In this document: piece by piece, positions 35,971-50,060 of the stretch | Layout of the letters: every line of letters begins with the position of its first letter | How positions within the stretch are numbered: the first letter of the stretch is position 1 | From: Ramazzottius varieornatus | Lineage: Eukaryota; Animalia; Tardigrada | Assembly: GCA_001949185.1 (NCBI GenBank) | Contig: BDGG01000005.1 | Location: 1,539,249 to 1,603,248, forward strand | Direction: 5' to 3' | DNA: 64,000 nucleotides | Notes under the pieces: generated by a model | What the model saw: the letters and a program-made list of their open reading frames with translations, nothing else | Database searches by the model: none | Told to the model about the DNA's origin: nothing | Made by a program: the position numbers and the translations under genes

Positions 35971-38900
35971 GGGGAGGTTGATATCAAACTTGACTAGCGT
36001 AGGATATTAAATTAGTGCTGGTGATTTTCCCCGCCCACTCCTTGCTCTAATCACGAGAGGTCGAGACTCGCTAATCGAAGCCCCCGAATAGCGTAAGTTT
36101 CCGGGAGCATTTGCAAAACAAGCACCATTTTTCGAAGATTAGTTCAGATCGAGATATCAAACTGAACAAAACTTCGTATTCAAATTGGCAAACGGGTATG
36201 AGAGATTTTCGGTTGTGGTTCTGAAAGCTGAACCGGATCAGTCATCAACTTCTATTCTCTGAGAATAGTCACAGTTAAAGGTACGAGCTAGAGGACATTA
36301 TTCGGACACAGCAAATTTCGCGTCGGAATTCGGACACAGTTGCGGTATAGGGTGGCACCACAGTGCGTTCCATCTTGCTCACACTGACGCTGATACCGAA
36401 CTGTAATTTCGCTCTGCAGCATCTTCTAATATCGCGGTTTAAGCTTTACATGCCAGCTGAGCTTCCCATGAAGCTACGTTTTGCCCTGATTGACATCAGC
36501 ACATCCACATAGAACAAAGAACAGTATTTATCAGAATCTGCAACCGACAACTAAACTTTGCGAGCCTTCTTGATTTTCTCTTTCACAGGCCGTGAAGAGG
36601 CCTTCCGTTTCGATGCTGTAGCAGCTTTCTTGGCAGTATTTTCAGCTTCTTCTTTTTCCAGTTCGTCGATGAAGCCAGGATGGGTAGTCAGGGCACCAGC
36701 AGCCAAAGAAAGCTGTCTGTTTTTCACGCGACGCAGCTTTTTCGGAGGTTCACCGAAGATGTCCTTCTGTACGGTGCAAGCAAGAACGGCATCCAGACTA
36801 ATGCCTCTTTGCTTCAGCAAAATAAATTGCTTCACCTCGACCAAATCTTTTTCTTCATTTATGCCGTATTGTTCGCGCAGCAACTGTAACAGTGGGCCAA
36901 AGTCTTGCACTGGAGCATTCTGGATTTCGCTGCTGATAAGGTTGGGATCATGATAGGCCTTCACTATCTTTCTAATAACATCAGGGCTGAATGGATATAA
37001 ACCAAATTTGGCGAACCCTGATTTGAGAGATTGTCCAGCGTTGAAATGGAACTTTTCAGGAAATCCTTCGGTGTGATACCACAACTTGACGACATGAGAC
37101 AGAAGGTTGTCTTTGGAAGTCTGAAGAACAATTAATTGGTATTTCGTTTCGGTGACACCAGGTTAGCAAAATACAAATAAACTTCAGTTTAGAATGAGCT
37201 TAGCATTCCTCCTTTCACCAGACGGCGAGCGGGAAGGTACTTTCTCCAACGTTTCTTGATACCGCCAAATACCGAAACGTGGAATGGCTGAAGGTGGTTA
37301 GTTTGACCGGTTGGTAAGCAGAAGATGGCCACTTCTTTCCCAGTTTTCTCGAAGAACTTACAGTAGCGAGTCAGCAGCAGGTTATTTACGTGCGAGAAAT
37401 GACCATCAACAAACACGACATTCTAAACACAGATTTGAAAACTCTCAGGTTGTAAGTTCTAAAAACGTCATAATCACTTTTTGTTATTAATACCTTGAGT
37501 TCAGTGACAGCTGGGAAAACTTCTCCTTGGATATAGTTAGCGAAGTGGATCTGGTCCATGTATCCGGAAAGGTTTACGGCATGGTAACACAGCCCAAAAG
37601 TATCATCGAGTCGCGATTGTACATGCACCTTTCCCGCATACAACGCCATAAACTTGAGCTGAGTCCCGGAAGCATTTCTACAAGGCAAAATGGTAACATT
37701 TTCTTTTTCATTTCTGTCGAATTGGAACGGAATCTGCTTAGCACCTTTCCTTGCCACCACACGATCAAACATCTCCGATGTGCTGAAAGCAGTCCCGTCT
37801 AGGTTCCACACCTGCACTGGTCGATCGAGGAATCCTCTGTCATGTAGGTCTTGCAGCTTGGAAATGTATTCCTCACAGCGCTCCGTGGTCCACTCTCGAT
37901 TCTTCTTTCTGCTGGAGGAATGCGTGACACGGAGTGATATTTCTGGGTGGCGCTTGAGGAAGCGACGGAAGAAACTATCGCCGACAGTATTACACTTTAG
38001 TCCTGAAATTGTACGAAAAAATAATAATCGTTTTTCACATGCGTTAGATTACTGATATAATTGTGGAAACACCTAGCCCAGTGGCGACTTAAGAGAACAG
38101 CTGCGAGCAGTGGTATCGGTTCAAAGGGATGCCTCGATCGCTACAGGATAGTAGAAAGTCAGCAATACGGTCTTCTTCCCAGGAAGGAAACTCAGTTGGA
38201 GCTCCGACTCTAGTTAGTTCTGGATTTTGTGTCCGGTTTCTCAGTGTTGCGCGGCTAACTCCGTGCAGCCTCGCAGCAACTTTGACGCTTTGCCCATTCT
38301 TCAAATCGTGGAGAGCTGCATGCATCGATAGCTCCTTGAACACCTGAGATGCTGTCGTCAGCTCAGATAGGGAAGGCATGGTTGGGAGATGGAAATATCG
38401 CACAAAGGGAAGGAGAAAGTAATTGGAAAATTGGCAATGTGGTATTGCATCACACCATGTCGACCATGCGAAATTACGTCATCAAGTAGGCTTCAAGCTG
38501 CCTATCAGTTGTAAAACCCAGACCCATGTTAAAACCAAGTTTGTGACGTATAGCAAATTGTTAATCACGACGACTCAAGCGCCTCTGGTGGCCTCACTCA
38601 CCTCGATTTTGTAGGCTTTTTAACATTAGGAAGACCTTTCCCTTTTTGAGACCTCCTTTAACAAGTTTTGACCATCCGATGTTCTTGAGACTACAAAGTG
38701 CGATAGATAAAGAGATCGTCTATCTTGAAAACCAAACATGAGGTCAATCTATCCAGTAACTACGCTGAATAATTGTGCCCAAATTGGGACGCGAAATTTG
38801 CTGTGTCCGAATAATGTCTTCTACCTCGTAAAGTGAAATTGAGAGAGTGGTTAAAGCTGCAGTCGAAGAAACAGTGTCTGTTGTGGTGGAGCCACAGTTA

Positions 38901-39326
38901 AACGTATGATTTCCCAAAGCTACAGTCATACGCACAGTTACAGTGATAATTTTCAATATTTTGTCCAATATAAAAGCCGCAGTCAAGCGTGCAGTTATGG
39001 GTGTAGTTTGACGAATAACCCAGGAGCGAGGTCAGGTCTCGAAAGACACAGTTAGAACAGCAGTTGGCACTCCATTGAGATATCTTGTGAGATACTCTAA
39101 AATTTGGAAGAGTCTTGGAAAGAAATGGTCGCAGAAAAGCTTGGTCGAAAAGCTACTCAAACTCATTGCTCACTGGATTAGCGGTCCATGTCTTAATCAC
39201 GAATCAGGCATGGATTAGCGTAGTGATTCCAAGTGATTCGGTTCCACCCACAAGCTCCATCTTGATTGGCTGATTCCTGCTCAAATCAAGCTCGCTACGC
39301 TAATCAAGTTCGATATCAACCTCCCC
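35971..39326. mobile_element. Non-autonomous PIF/Harbinger-like element (3-bp AAT TSD) hosting a pogo element
   Basis: 32-bp TIR ggggaggttgatatcRaacttgaYtagcgtag (2 mismatches); AAT at 35968-70 and 39327-29. Confidence 0.8.
36284..38828 (-). mobile_element. pogo/Tigger-family (Tc1/mariner superfamily) transposon with a pseudogenised spliced transposase
   Basis: 41-bp TIRs cgagStagaRgacattattcggacacagcaaatttcgcgtc with TA TSD. HTH-psq (AARLHGVSRATL), CENP-B-type HTH (FRRFLKRHPEIS) and DDE_1 motifs VWNLDGT / FVDGHFSH / LQPFHVSVFG (third Asp changed to His). In-frame TAA at 38089. Confidence 0.92.
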
Positions 39327-39494
39327 AATATAAGATACATTATACATTGTTGTGGTTTTTCGAAGCACGCGACCGGCAGCCAATGTTCTGTGAAGCGACA
39401 CGGGTCAAATCACACTGGATAGACAGACATTCACAATCAGGCAGTCGATCAAACGGTGACATTATCCACCAGTTCGTTCGGTGCGAAAAACTTA

Positions 39495-39648
39495 CTGTAG
39501 TGCTACCAAATTATCGCGCACTCAGCCACGTGAACAGTAAATGATGCCCCGGGTGAGAGTCACTGAGGCTACAATGATTCATCTGATCGCACTGGGCAAC
39601 GATGACTTATCACGTGGTTGAGTGCGCGATAATTTGGTAGCACCACAG
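39495..39648. mobile_element. Tc1/mariner-type MITE (154 bp) upstream of the reticulocalbin gene
   Basis: ~39-bp TIR ctgtRgtgctaccaaattatcgcgcactcaRccacgtga, with TA on both sides. Confidence 0.88.
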
Positions 39649-39835
39649 TACTTAATTTGATTTTTATTTTATTTTGTTTGCTGGAACTGGAAGGAGATTT
39701 TCTGAGGACTGCGGAGGAGTCGCACGTACCAGAGTCGGTTTTTCTCCAACGTTAGTAAACGTACCACAAGTTGGACAAACGGGGAAGCTAGTGGATTGGG
39801 GCAGCGACGACGGTCTCCACTCTCCACCTTATGCT

Positions 39836-41234
39836 ATGGCGACGACTCGCTTGAGGTTCAACATCACCGAAACTATTCTCGCAACCATCTTCTTCTTTGG
39901 AACTTTAGCTCTCCTGGTTATCTGTATAGAACGGGAACAGGATGGCGCTTATAGTCCTTACGAGCATAAGCACGCGAATGAGGTGGAACACCACCACGAA
40001 GCGATACTAGGTGAGGTACCTCGTATATGCTGAACTTTCGTGTGCAAATACAGAATAGTCCAAAAATTTCAAAAGTATCGCTTCTTCTTACAGGTAATGA
40101 GAAACTCCATCAGGAGTATCACCAGCAAACGCCCGAAGAGTCTCGCGAAAGGCTACTCCAGATGGCTGTCGAGCACGATTTGGATAAAGATGGGATTATA
40201 ACGTTAGACGAACTTCATGCGTGGATATTTCGATCGTTCCAGTAAGAATCCTCACTATCGAGATGGCAACTCGATAGAAACTCTGTCTTTCGGTTGTTTC
40301 ATAGAGATTTGAATTTCGGAGACGCACAGAACAGATTCCATGACGTGGACAAGAACGAGGATGGCTTTGTTACGTGGGATGAGCATCTGAAAGAAACCTG
40401 GGGAATGGACAACGATCCAAATTTGCTCAGCAGCGAAGAGTACAAAGATGAAGTTGTTGTAAGAATAATTCCGAGGAGAAGAGGCATCTGAATTTAAGAA
40501 GGACGAAGTAGATTCATTAAAGATTCCTCGTAGATGATAAAAGAGGAAGAGCTCTTGTTCAAAGCCGCGGACCAGGATCAAGACGGGCGACTGACCGCTG
40601 ACGAGTTCTTGGCGTTCGAACGTCCCGAACAGTTCGAATACATGCAGCCACTATTAATCCAAAGAACGAAGGAATCGAAAGACAAAAACGGAGATGGATA
40701 CATCGACTTCCACGAATACATCGTCGACATCGTCCCTAATTACAAAAGTAGGTTTAATCACTATTGAAATCGATTTAGTCAGACAGGCCAAAAGAACGAA
40801 TCAGCCACACTAATTTACGGGCGATCCATGGTTGGCCGACTCACCTGCTCTGGCCGAATTGACCTCTGCTCGAACTAATTTGCATACTGATTTACATACC
40901 AGTTTACATATTGTTAATAATTACAGAGTTGTCCTCTAAAGAGGAAAATGAACTGTACCTCTCTGAGAAAGAAAGGTTCGATCAAAATTACGACTTGGAC
41001 CACGATGGACGCTTGAACGACACAGAGATCTTCCGGTGGCTCATACCGGACGACAACGCCACGGCAGGTGCCGAAGCCGAGCATATAATGGAGAAAGCGG
41101 ACACAAACAAAGATGGGCAGCTTTCTTTCGATGAAATTGCCGAGCACTCGCAAGTATTTGTCGGATCAGAAATTACCGATTATGGAAATGCCTTATCGAA
41201 TGAAGATGATAATACTCATCATGACGAACTTTAG
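39836..41234 (+). CDS. CREC-family ER EF-hand calcium-binding protein (reticulocalbin-2/calumenin-like)
   Basis: Signal-like N-terminus, HEAILG, TPEESRERL, six EF-hands (DLDKDGIIT, DKNEDGFVT, DQDQDGRLT, DKNGDGYID, DLDHDGRLN, DTNKDGQLS), FVGSEITDYG and a C-terminal HDEL. Confidence 0.93.
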
Positions 41235-41701
41235 TCTCTACGTTGGTATTATTACTATTTGTTTTTCCCTCAGTCCCGTTCATTTTGCTGGCCAAAACCT
41301 CGAAACTCAACTCACTAGTCCATTTGTTTGTTTTCCACTGACACCCTCTATTTCCGACTTGTTTTCTGTTTAATTTATACCTTGATTAGTTGTTCGTTTC
41401 AAATTTTCGAGGTCTTCCCGACGTTCAGTCATTAAGATTCTGACTTGGCAAGCATGGTGTGAAAAATCTTAATGCAAGGTTTATGTGCGGTTCAAAACAG
41501 CAACAAGAAGAATGAGATCACTGAAGTACCCAGAACTTGACAAGGAAGATGAGAATCTATGACCTAAAGCAACTCCCACTATTTCTCGATAGCAAGAGCC
41601 GTGCGGCGTTCTACAGCCTAACCGGAAAGAGAATCGGTTTGGAGGGAATGTAGTACGATCTGATCCACAAACGAGGTAAAATACGGCAGGTTCACTAGCT
41701 C

Positions 41702-43216
41702 CTACAACGAAATCACAAGGGATATGGCATCAAAAATAGGCATGCTACATGACGATGTGTAAAGTGGTACCTCAATGACTGGAAGTGCTTCTGGTGGCTT
41801 CAGAAACAGCTGTGAGGTCCGCGCTATGGATGGCAGAAGCGCGACTAGTGGGACTTTCGGTGCTTCTGAATACATGGGCGAGCGGTCCTTGATCACACTC
41901 TCGAGCTCCCCGAAGAGCCGGAAGAAGCATTTCTCCAGACAACAGTTCAGCACGAGGTTGCAGTCGACGCTAATGGAATCACAATGTAGAAGATCAGACG
42001 TTCTCTTTAGTATACAGCATGAGAAGCTTTTGGATACCTTTCTAGAGCTTCGAGAACGAGCTCGTTCAGCTGGAAGGACTGCTGGTCCGCCACCGACTCC
42101 AGCATGGGCTGCAGCAGAGTCAAAGCTTGACACAGATTTTCAAAAATACTATATCCTGTTTACCTCGGCATGTTTTTCCGGTATGAGAAATTCAAGGTGG
42201 TAGTTTCGAGCATGGACGAAACCATTCATGGCACTTCCGGCTTCCATTAGCTTCCGAACCTCATACACGATCTTTTTCAGGTCTTGCAATGAGAGAGGTT
42301 CCTGCAGGGTTCTGGGAGAAATCGGCTTCGCCACGACGACCTTCACTACTTTAACAAGCTGCTGAAGCCCTGAAAACGATGTGCATAATATGTAAGTACG
42401 GCCCTTCTCAACGGATGAAGATACGACTTCTGGTCCGTGTACTATGCCGTAATTACCTTCTCCAACTGCATATTCCGCACTTTGAATATGCTTCGATATC
42501 AGCAGGAGCTTATTTCGGAAGTGCTCTTGTGATGCTGCAGGTTGTTCGTGGAGAAACCTCGCTGATACTCCAGTTAGAACTTTGATATGTGTAACGAGAT
42601 GGCAAATGGTGTAAACGGAAGCGATGCAGCGACTCCACGCGACAATCTTCATTTCCTCCCACAGTTCAATCTTATTCTCCGGACTACGAACAAACTGGTC
42701 ACGTAAATCACCATGCAGAAGAAGCACTCGGACAGTACAGTGTCTTACTTTCGACCGATTTGTTGTCGAAGGGATTCAATGTCCAGTAGCTCATCAAACA
42801 AAGGCAAGCCTTGCTCTTCGAGGAGCTGAATTACAGTGTCCACAATATTCTTATTACTGGCTATTCCACTTGCTGGTGAGTCGGCGTTCTCCTGACCACG
42901 TTTTCCTTCGGGCTCTCCCGACCATGAAGCTGCTACGAAGTCTTCTTCGTCTTGAGAAAGGGAGGTCGGTGGTAAGCCCAATACGGGATCGACCACCCTG
43001 TGGCACAGCCATGCCCAGCTCTTGTCGACGACAGTCTTCACCGTTTCAGAGTTGTTATAGGCGTACACACCTGCAACAAGAAGGGACATACTTCCAAAGG
43101 GTGCCACAGTACGGTATTAGCTTATGGAAGAGTACGTACTTACCTCCACCAACAGCTCCAAATAAGATGGCTTTCCGTCGATGCTTCTTTACAAACTGAT
43201 AGCCTTTCGCGAACAT
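41702..43216 (-). CDS. PEX3: Peroxisomal biogenesis factor 3, spliced
   Basis: MFAKGYQFVKKHRRKAILFGAVGGGVYAY (basic patch plus TM), KIELWEEMKIVAWSR, LVLEALESVDCNLVLNCCLEKCF, KVPLVALLP. Confidence 0.85.
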
Positions 43217-43790
43217 GTGTGCAGCTGTTTCTTTTTTCACTCGGACTTTTGGACCTGCCCTGCGGAATCACTCGTATGAAGTCCAACTGCGATAAGGACG
43301 TATAGTAGCACAACACTACTCCGAAGAAACGGTAAACAAAAAAATCAATAATCAACACTCAACAGCTTGTACTCCGCTGTGACGTCATAGCTGATTGTTC
43401 ATTCGAGTTCTTGATTCGGCGAGCCATGGTTCGTGGGTTATGTTGTTCGTCGGCGCCCATAGGGAGATGTCGGCACCGATTGGTTAGGTTCAGGATCAAA
43501 ACAGAAGACAAGACTGTTCGAGTAATTGCTTGAAACTATGGACTAGTATGGAGGCCAAGGGAAACTGGCGCACGTGTACTGCGGACCTCTCGGTCTCTTC
43601 AAACCTAGCGGCCACAACAAGAGCTTGCGTAGACGAGGTGATTTTGTTCGCAAAAGGAGGGGTCACCACATTGAAATAAGTCATCTCATAACGTCGTTTC
43701 CGATGACTAAGAACTCTAACTTGGATAAAGATTCTGGATAACCAGATGAAACAGAGCATGGCGAAACAAAATGGAATAACGACTTGAAAA

Positions 43791-45371
43791 CTACGCCAGC
43801 ATCGCGCCTCTCTCCTTTAGAGGTTTGATCCTGGGTTTCCATCCTTCCAGTTCTTTCTGTCTTATCCGCTCGGCGTGGTAGTCGATAACGTCGCGAACCC
43901 GGGTCTTGAGAAGGTCCGTGTTCCATTCTTGCAAGCCGGACAGGGGAATGACATCGTCAAAGGTTACCAGGTGTTGTGGCCGGACGGACTCATCCATTTC
44001 CGCCACAGTTTCTACAAGCAAACAAATTCGTACAATGATTGATAAGGAAGCGTTGATGTGAAACATTCTCGATTTTGAGGAGAACTTACTTTCATAGTTC
44101 TGAATTTGTTGTACGAATTCCTCGTATTTAGCCTCAGCGTCCGGTGAGTCCATCTTGTTAACCGCTAACATGGCTGGTTTATCCACTAATGATTCTTTGT
44201 ACAATTCCAACTCCTACGAAATCCCAGCAGAATAATCTTCAACGTCCAACTTTTGTGCTAGAGAAGCAGCCAAAACTTACCTTGTTCAGCAAAACTAAAG
44301 TTTCGAAGGCTGTTCGACTTGGGTGGTTTGGCGACAGCCGGAAGCCGCTGATGTCCACGACGAACAGTAGAAGCCTGGTTCTTTCAACGTGCCGTAGAAA
44401 TCTGTATCCGAGCCCGACGTTCATGTGAGCTCCTTCTATTAATCCGGGAAGATCAGCCATTGATATCTAAACGACCACAAACCACTCATACCGAACTTGA
44501 ATGTAATGTGTATCAAAGAAACTCACCTGTCTCTTATCCGGATATTCGAGTATTCCCAACTCTGGCTTGATCGTTGTGACTGAAAGCAGCCCAATGTGAG
44601 TCACCTTGGAAATTTAATAACCTGGACGAAAGACAACAATTGATAGCCTACAAGGGAAAGAGGCTATTCTTGGATCAGCTCGGGACAGTTTCGAAAGCAG
44701 GGTAGACTTTCCAGCATTGGGGAATCCAACAAGGCCGACATCTGCAAGTACTTTGAGATCCGCTCGGACGAACTTGTTTTCTCCTTTCTGCCCACGGAAC
44801 TGATTCTTGGGATTTCCGCCTTCACCACCTCTGGCTGCCAGAACCTTATCTTCTTTCTGGTTGACTTCTCCAATGATCTGCCCAGTCTCCTCCATTACCA
44901 CGACACCAAGCGGAACTTCGATCAGGACGTCTTCACCTGGTACACCTTTGATCGCCATCTTCCTACAGAAAACAAAGCACTTGGTTAGGTTATGAAATTC
45001 ACGTTGCAAGCTAGTGATACTCGGTCGGTTTTACTAGCACATACATACTGTTTTTGCCTACTCCTCCTTGATAAGCTTGCGACGGATTAGCCTTGTGAAG
45101 GGCTCTGAGACTCTGAGAATTCTTCTTCTTCTCCGCAACGAAATACACATCGCCACCTTTACCACCAACTCCACCATACTTTTCCAAACCATTTCCACCG
45201 GTTCCTCCCCTCACATGTAGACGGAGAGAATCGATGAAGTGTTTTCGGGGAAGCTTTAGTAACAGATCACATGTCAATTGTTGCTGGCCGCGACGAACAA
45301 CAATGGTTCAAACGGGTATTCGTTCTTACCGTTCTTCCACTCAACTCAATCAGCGATTTAGAAAGTCCCAT
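43791..45371 (-). CDS. GTPBP10: Obg-family mitochondrial GTPase GTPBP10, spliced
   Basis: [17 protein letters not shown]...GGKGGDV, G1 [14 protein letters not shown]3 [20 protein letters not shown]4 NKMD. First exon [14 protein letters not shown] followed by a gtaag donor. Confidence 0.92.
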
Positions 45372-46406
45372 ATCAGGTATATGGTCGAGTTTGAAGTAGC
45401 TCCGAAGCTATTTTGAGCAACGACTCCCAACGACGGCCAACGCGATGCTCAGATTGCGCCGGAAATGCGTGTTTGAATTTCCGAAAAGAAAACAGGCAAG
45501 AATGAAAGTAGCCCGTTGATGGATCAAACTTCCCTGCTCTTTGCTCGATGTGTTATCCCACTAGCCGCTGGAGTTATTCAAGCAGGATCTTGCTGCCAGG
45601 TAGTGTAAAGAGGACGACAGAGAGACTGATGACTGATCTTAATTCTTGAACCGTCAAACGAAGGGAAATAATTCAAATAAGAAACACTGTGGTGCTGCTG
45701 AACCGTGCGTCCAGCCGTCCATCTGCGACCATCTTGCCATAGAATCCGCTTCATCATGATACGGACTATCCACCAAGATAACGCGCCGACTCCCGCACAA
45801 GAGAGCTGGGTTCGATTCTGCAAAGTTTGCTTTTTGGTTTTCCAACAAGCCATAGTTGTCACTTCGTAGTGCCTTTTGACCAAAAATGCACGTTCATCAA
45901 AGGTATACTCATCTAGGGTCATTATGGGGGTAAAAAATATTTAGCCACAGGCCGAAAGCTGCAACGCTTCGATTGATCGTCAGTTATGCCGGGATATACC
46001 GCCTTCGGCCGGTGGCCAGAAATTTGTTCGCCGCCAATACTTAGGCCAGGCGCGTGTACGAAGCTTGCCTGCAGACACACGAACGATGTCATCAAAATAG
46101 GAACAAAGTACGAATGGAAGCATAAAGAAGGACCGTCGGGACACATCTTGATAGCCCAACCCTGTCCTCTTTGTTTGTCTGACCACCGGGCAACTGCATG
46201 TGCGTGCTTGAGGCAGCCGGTTTTGCTGGACTTATCATATCACATACAGCCTAGGTGTACAAAGAAGACGGTCTCGACGAAGGCAATTACTCCTCTAGGT
46301 CCAGTATCGGTAAACTATACATTCAAAATCGGCCGCATAATTTCAAGATGGGTTCATGCTTTTTATGGATTTGAGGAGAGCAGGGCCTTATAACTCGAAT
46401 TACACG

Positions 46407-47007
46407 ATGATCTTCTATTTCTTGATGATTTACGTTTCTACGTGTGCTAACGCGCTAATACCATGTCCAGTTTTCATCAGTGAATTCAATGTTGGGAGAC
46501 ACGATGATTCTGAATTTTCCGACCTACGTGGAACTCAAGAATTTGTGCATCTACAAGCATTGTCTTGCCGGATACTCCTTGGTAGTGTGGGATGCTTTGA
46601 ACGATGTCTTCCAGTTTCAAATGGACCTATCTGGGCTATGGATACAAGACTTTTTGGTTATCGACCAGCAGACTATAAACAGAGCAAATGTCTCAGGGTA
46701 CTCGCGATTCAGTCGTGGCTGTTTCCTGCAAAATAAGGACGGTGGAGCCAATATCGTTGCTATTAACTATGATTTCAAGTTTCAGCCGAACAGAACCTTT
46801 ACGACAAAGGACAGTATTATTTGTCAGCTCCGCGAACGCACTATCGAATATGTGATGTACTTCTCTTCCGCTGACTATAACTGCACAGATTTTAGTTACG
46901 CACTATACGTCGCGGATTTCATGGACGGCGAGAGAAAAATACCTGCGACCGCCATAATAATAATCTTTATTTTGTTCGAATGCATAGCCAGGCTCTGCGC
47001 TGTATGA
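46407..47007 (+). pseudogene. Signal peptide + lamin-tail-domain (LTD)-like ORF with a frameshift
   Basis: MIFYFLMIYVSTCANA-LIPCPVFISEFNVG... continues as PTYVELKNLC...LAGYSLVVWD...DLSG...FLVID if one T is removed from the run near 46515. This matches the LTD pattern I[SN]E...[YF]VEL.N...L.GY.L. Confidence 0.5.
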
Positions 47008-47200
47008 ACAAAATTCGAAAAATATGGCAGGAGCGCCGAGAGAAAAGGGATAAAATTTTAAAAATAACAAGCTTTAGACCAGTAGATTTCCGTCAGTGTA
47101 TTTCTTGCACCACATAAATTTGGAAAGATGGAGTTCACCGACATAGTTTTTGAAAGACCCAGGGCTGTTCAAGTCTACAAATGAAGGACAAAATAAAAGA

Positions 47201-50060
47201 TCTATGAGAAGAGCTTCGGCGATGTAAGCGAAGGAGCCTACGGTGGACTCGAGAAGTGCGCGTGAAGAGGAGGCTATCGAGACTGGGGACAGCATCATGG
47301 CTTTATCGTGGCTCCTGTTTCGTAGATAAGGGCTTGGCTGGACAATCTTCATCAGCTGTTCTGCGTTTGCGAAGGTACCGTTCCGTATCTTGTAGGCCGT
47401 CCCCAGCATGTTCTCGCAGCGGCGCTGCCACAGTGGCTTCCATCCGACTTCACGGTGATGCTGGAGGTATCGACTGAAGTCTGGGTCGTGGTTTTGGTCC
47501 TCTTTGTCGGCTGGGCTTAGACGGATGCTCTATAGAAATTTCTTCTGTATCGACTCCAGCTGCCTCTGCAATCTCTTAGTACTGGAGGACCAGCAAGGAG
47601 AAGCATATTCCGCGACTGATCGCACTAAACTGCTAAACAGGAGCTGCTTCACCGCGCCATATCGCTTCGGGAAGAAACCGTTGATAGCATACAGCGTTTG
47701 TCTGCACTTCGCTGTAACTTTGTCCACCTGAGCCGTCCAGTCCATCTTGCTTGAAATCTTGACACCAAGGCACCCTGCTTCGTTCTCAGTCGGGATGACT
47801 TTATTGTTGATCGTGTAGCTGCCACTAGGAATTTCTACCTTCTTTATCTTGTTCGATATTCGGAGATGTTGGGATTTTCCAGGGTTGATCTCCAGCCCGG
47901 TCTCTTTGCACCACTCTTCTAGTCGATCTAGGTCTTGTTGAAGTGCTGTGCAGTCTTCGTTGTTCTTGAGGGCCCGCCACAAGACGATGTCGTCCGCGTA
48001 CTGCATGACGAAGCACCGGAGCTTCTTTGCCAGGCTGTTGACGGCAATAATGGAGAGCGTTGGGCCGAGAATTGACCCCTGTGGGACGCCAGAAGGGACA
48101 GCACGCTCTGCGGAGAAATGACCATCAATCACTACTCTTTGACTTCTTCCTCGGAGGTAGTCGGACAGGAGATCTTTGAGTTCTCCTTCAACTCCATGAC
48201 TCGACAGACTTGCTACGATGGTGGAATGGGGAAGCTTGTCGAAGGCTTTTGAGCAATCCAGAAAGACTGCATCCATTTCTTCTCTCCTCAAAGTTTGGTT
48301 GTAGTGGTGGGTCATAAGGAGCAGTTGCAGCTCGGTGGATCTTCTTCTCCGGAAACCAAATTGCGAATCTGAAAGTAAGCCATGAGAGTTCGAATAGTTG
48401 GTCAAGTGGTTTGCTATGATCTTATCAAACAGCTTGGAGAGCGGCGGAAGGAGTGAAATCGGACGAAACTGCGAGCATCCCTTCTTCGGTACAGGCACCA
48501 CGTCGGCTTGCTTCCAGGCTGTTGGATACTGTTTGCTGCTCACTATCAAGTTGAAGAGGCGAGACAAAGGATACAGAATGGACGTCCCAGCGATCTTGAG
48601 TAGGCGATTGGTGACGAGGAAGCTGCCGGATGCGTTAGAGGAGTCGAGTCGTCGTAGTTGTTCAAGGATCAGTGGCGTGGTGATGCGGAGTGGTGGGCAG
48701 TGCGATGTCTTTAGAGACTGGACACGGATCGGCTCGCCACAACAATTTACTGGTGGTGGGCAGTGCTGTGGACAGGCAATGCAGACTTGAGCGAATTCTC
48801 TGCTGATAAATTCTGCTTTCTCTTGGGGATGGACAATGTACCTTTCTTCTTCGCCAGGAACGGGGATCGGGGGGATGGGAGCGTTGCTAGTGTTCTTCTT
48901 GATGTGCTTCCAGACTGCGCGGGGGTTTCTTCGGGACTGAGTGGCGATGTTGCGGAGACGACGGTGCTTCTCTGACCGGATTATCCTCCGCTTGCTGGCT
49001 TCAAGCTCCTTCCAACGTAAGAAATCTACCTGATCCTTTGTCCTTCTCCATTGCTTGTAGGCACTTCCACATCTTCGTAGGCTATCAATAGCCCTTTCGG
49101 AGAGGGAAGGTCGATGAAGGCGTTGGACTCCAACAGACCTCAGCTAAAAAGCACTCTTAGCAGCAGCGACGAAAATATCCTGAAAGACTGAAACAGCAAC
49201 GTCAACATTGCACATTACATCAAAGATCGATCCCCAATCAATCGAAGAGAGAGTCTCCTTGAAGAAGTTGATCTTGTCCCCATCGATCTTCCAGACTGGC
49301 TTTGGCTTAGGCTTGACATTTACTGTCCACAGCAGTAGCTTGGTTTCTATCGCTCGAGGGTCGCATGTGGAAGAAGGTGGGGGAACGACACGGGTGTTTC
49401 GGACGAAACCAAGCTGGGTAACGAAGAGTTGGTCGAGCGATGATGAGCTTTTTTCGCGAATGCGAGTGTCGCCTCTCACTTTCTGCCAGAGCTTGAATTC
49501 TTTCTTCAGGGAAATCAGGTCACGGTCTCTCGCCGATTTCCCATTCGAGTCCCCTTCCCACTGGATCTTCGGGCAGTTGAAATCTCCTACGATGATGAGG
49601 TTACGACGTAGGAATGGTGGGATATGCTCCATCGACGAGCGAAGCTTAGTGAAGACGTCAGCGTCGTAGCTTGGTGCATAGATGACTCCGATCAGAACGT
49701 TCAAGCGTGAACATATCAGCTTAATCCACATTACTTCCAGTCCATCCACTTCTAGGCTTGTCATTCTGAGAGCATGCAGATTTTTCTTCACGGCGATGGC
49801 AACTCCACCGCCCTTCTCCTTCTGACAGCCTTCTCGATCTTTGCGGAAGAGGACGTATTGGTCGTGGTCGGCAATCATGCAATCAGGCGTTGACTGGTCT
49901 GCCCAAGTTTCGACCAGCGCGACGATATCCGCCTTCTTTTCTTGCATCCACCTCTTGATCTCCTCGCTCTTGCTCCTGATGCCATTGACGTTTCCATACA
50001 GGAATGACAGCTTCTTCCCGATTTCACCTGTAAACTTGAACGGAGGCATCGTGCAAGGGT
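47201..50060 (-). mobile_element. Non-LTR retrotransposon (CR1/L2/Jockey-like) ORF2, degenerate
   Basis: APE endonuclease (YGNVNGI, LVETW, GGGVAI, VGDFNCP, LDQLF) at 49144-50049; RT (FRPISLL, QFGFR, DCSKAFD, GVPQGSILGP, YADD) at 47530-48567. Stops and frameshifts. Possible degenerate 11-bp TSD aaaataaaaga / aaaatagagga. Confidence 0.93.

Noticed and set aside
41969-42038. PEX3 intron with donor GTATCC as a U12-type intron
   Set aside because: The donor continues AAAAG rather than TT, and no TCCTTAAC-like branch site is visible.
45860-45922. MTLDEYTFDERAFLVKRHYE as the N-terminus of a mariner-type (DUF4817-like) transposase
   Set aside because: Only ~20 residues resemble it, and no DDE core or TIRs were found, so it is too weak to call.
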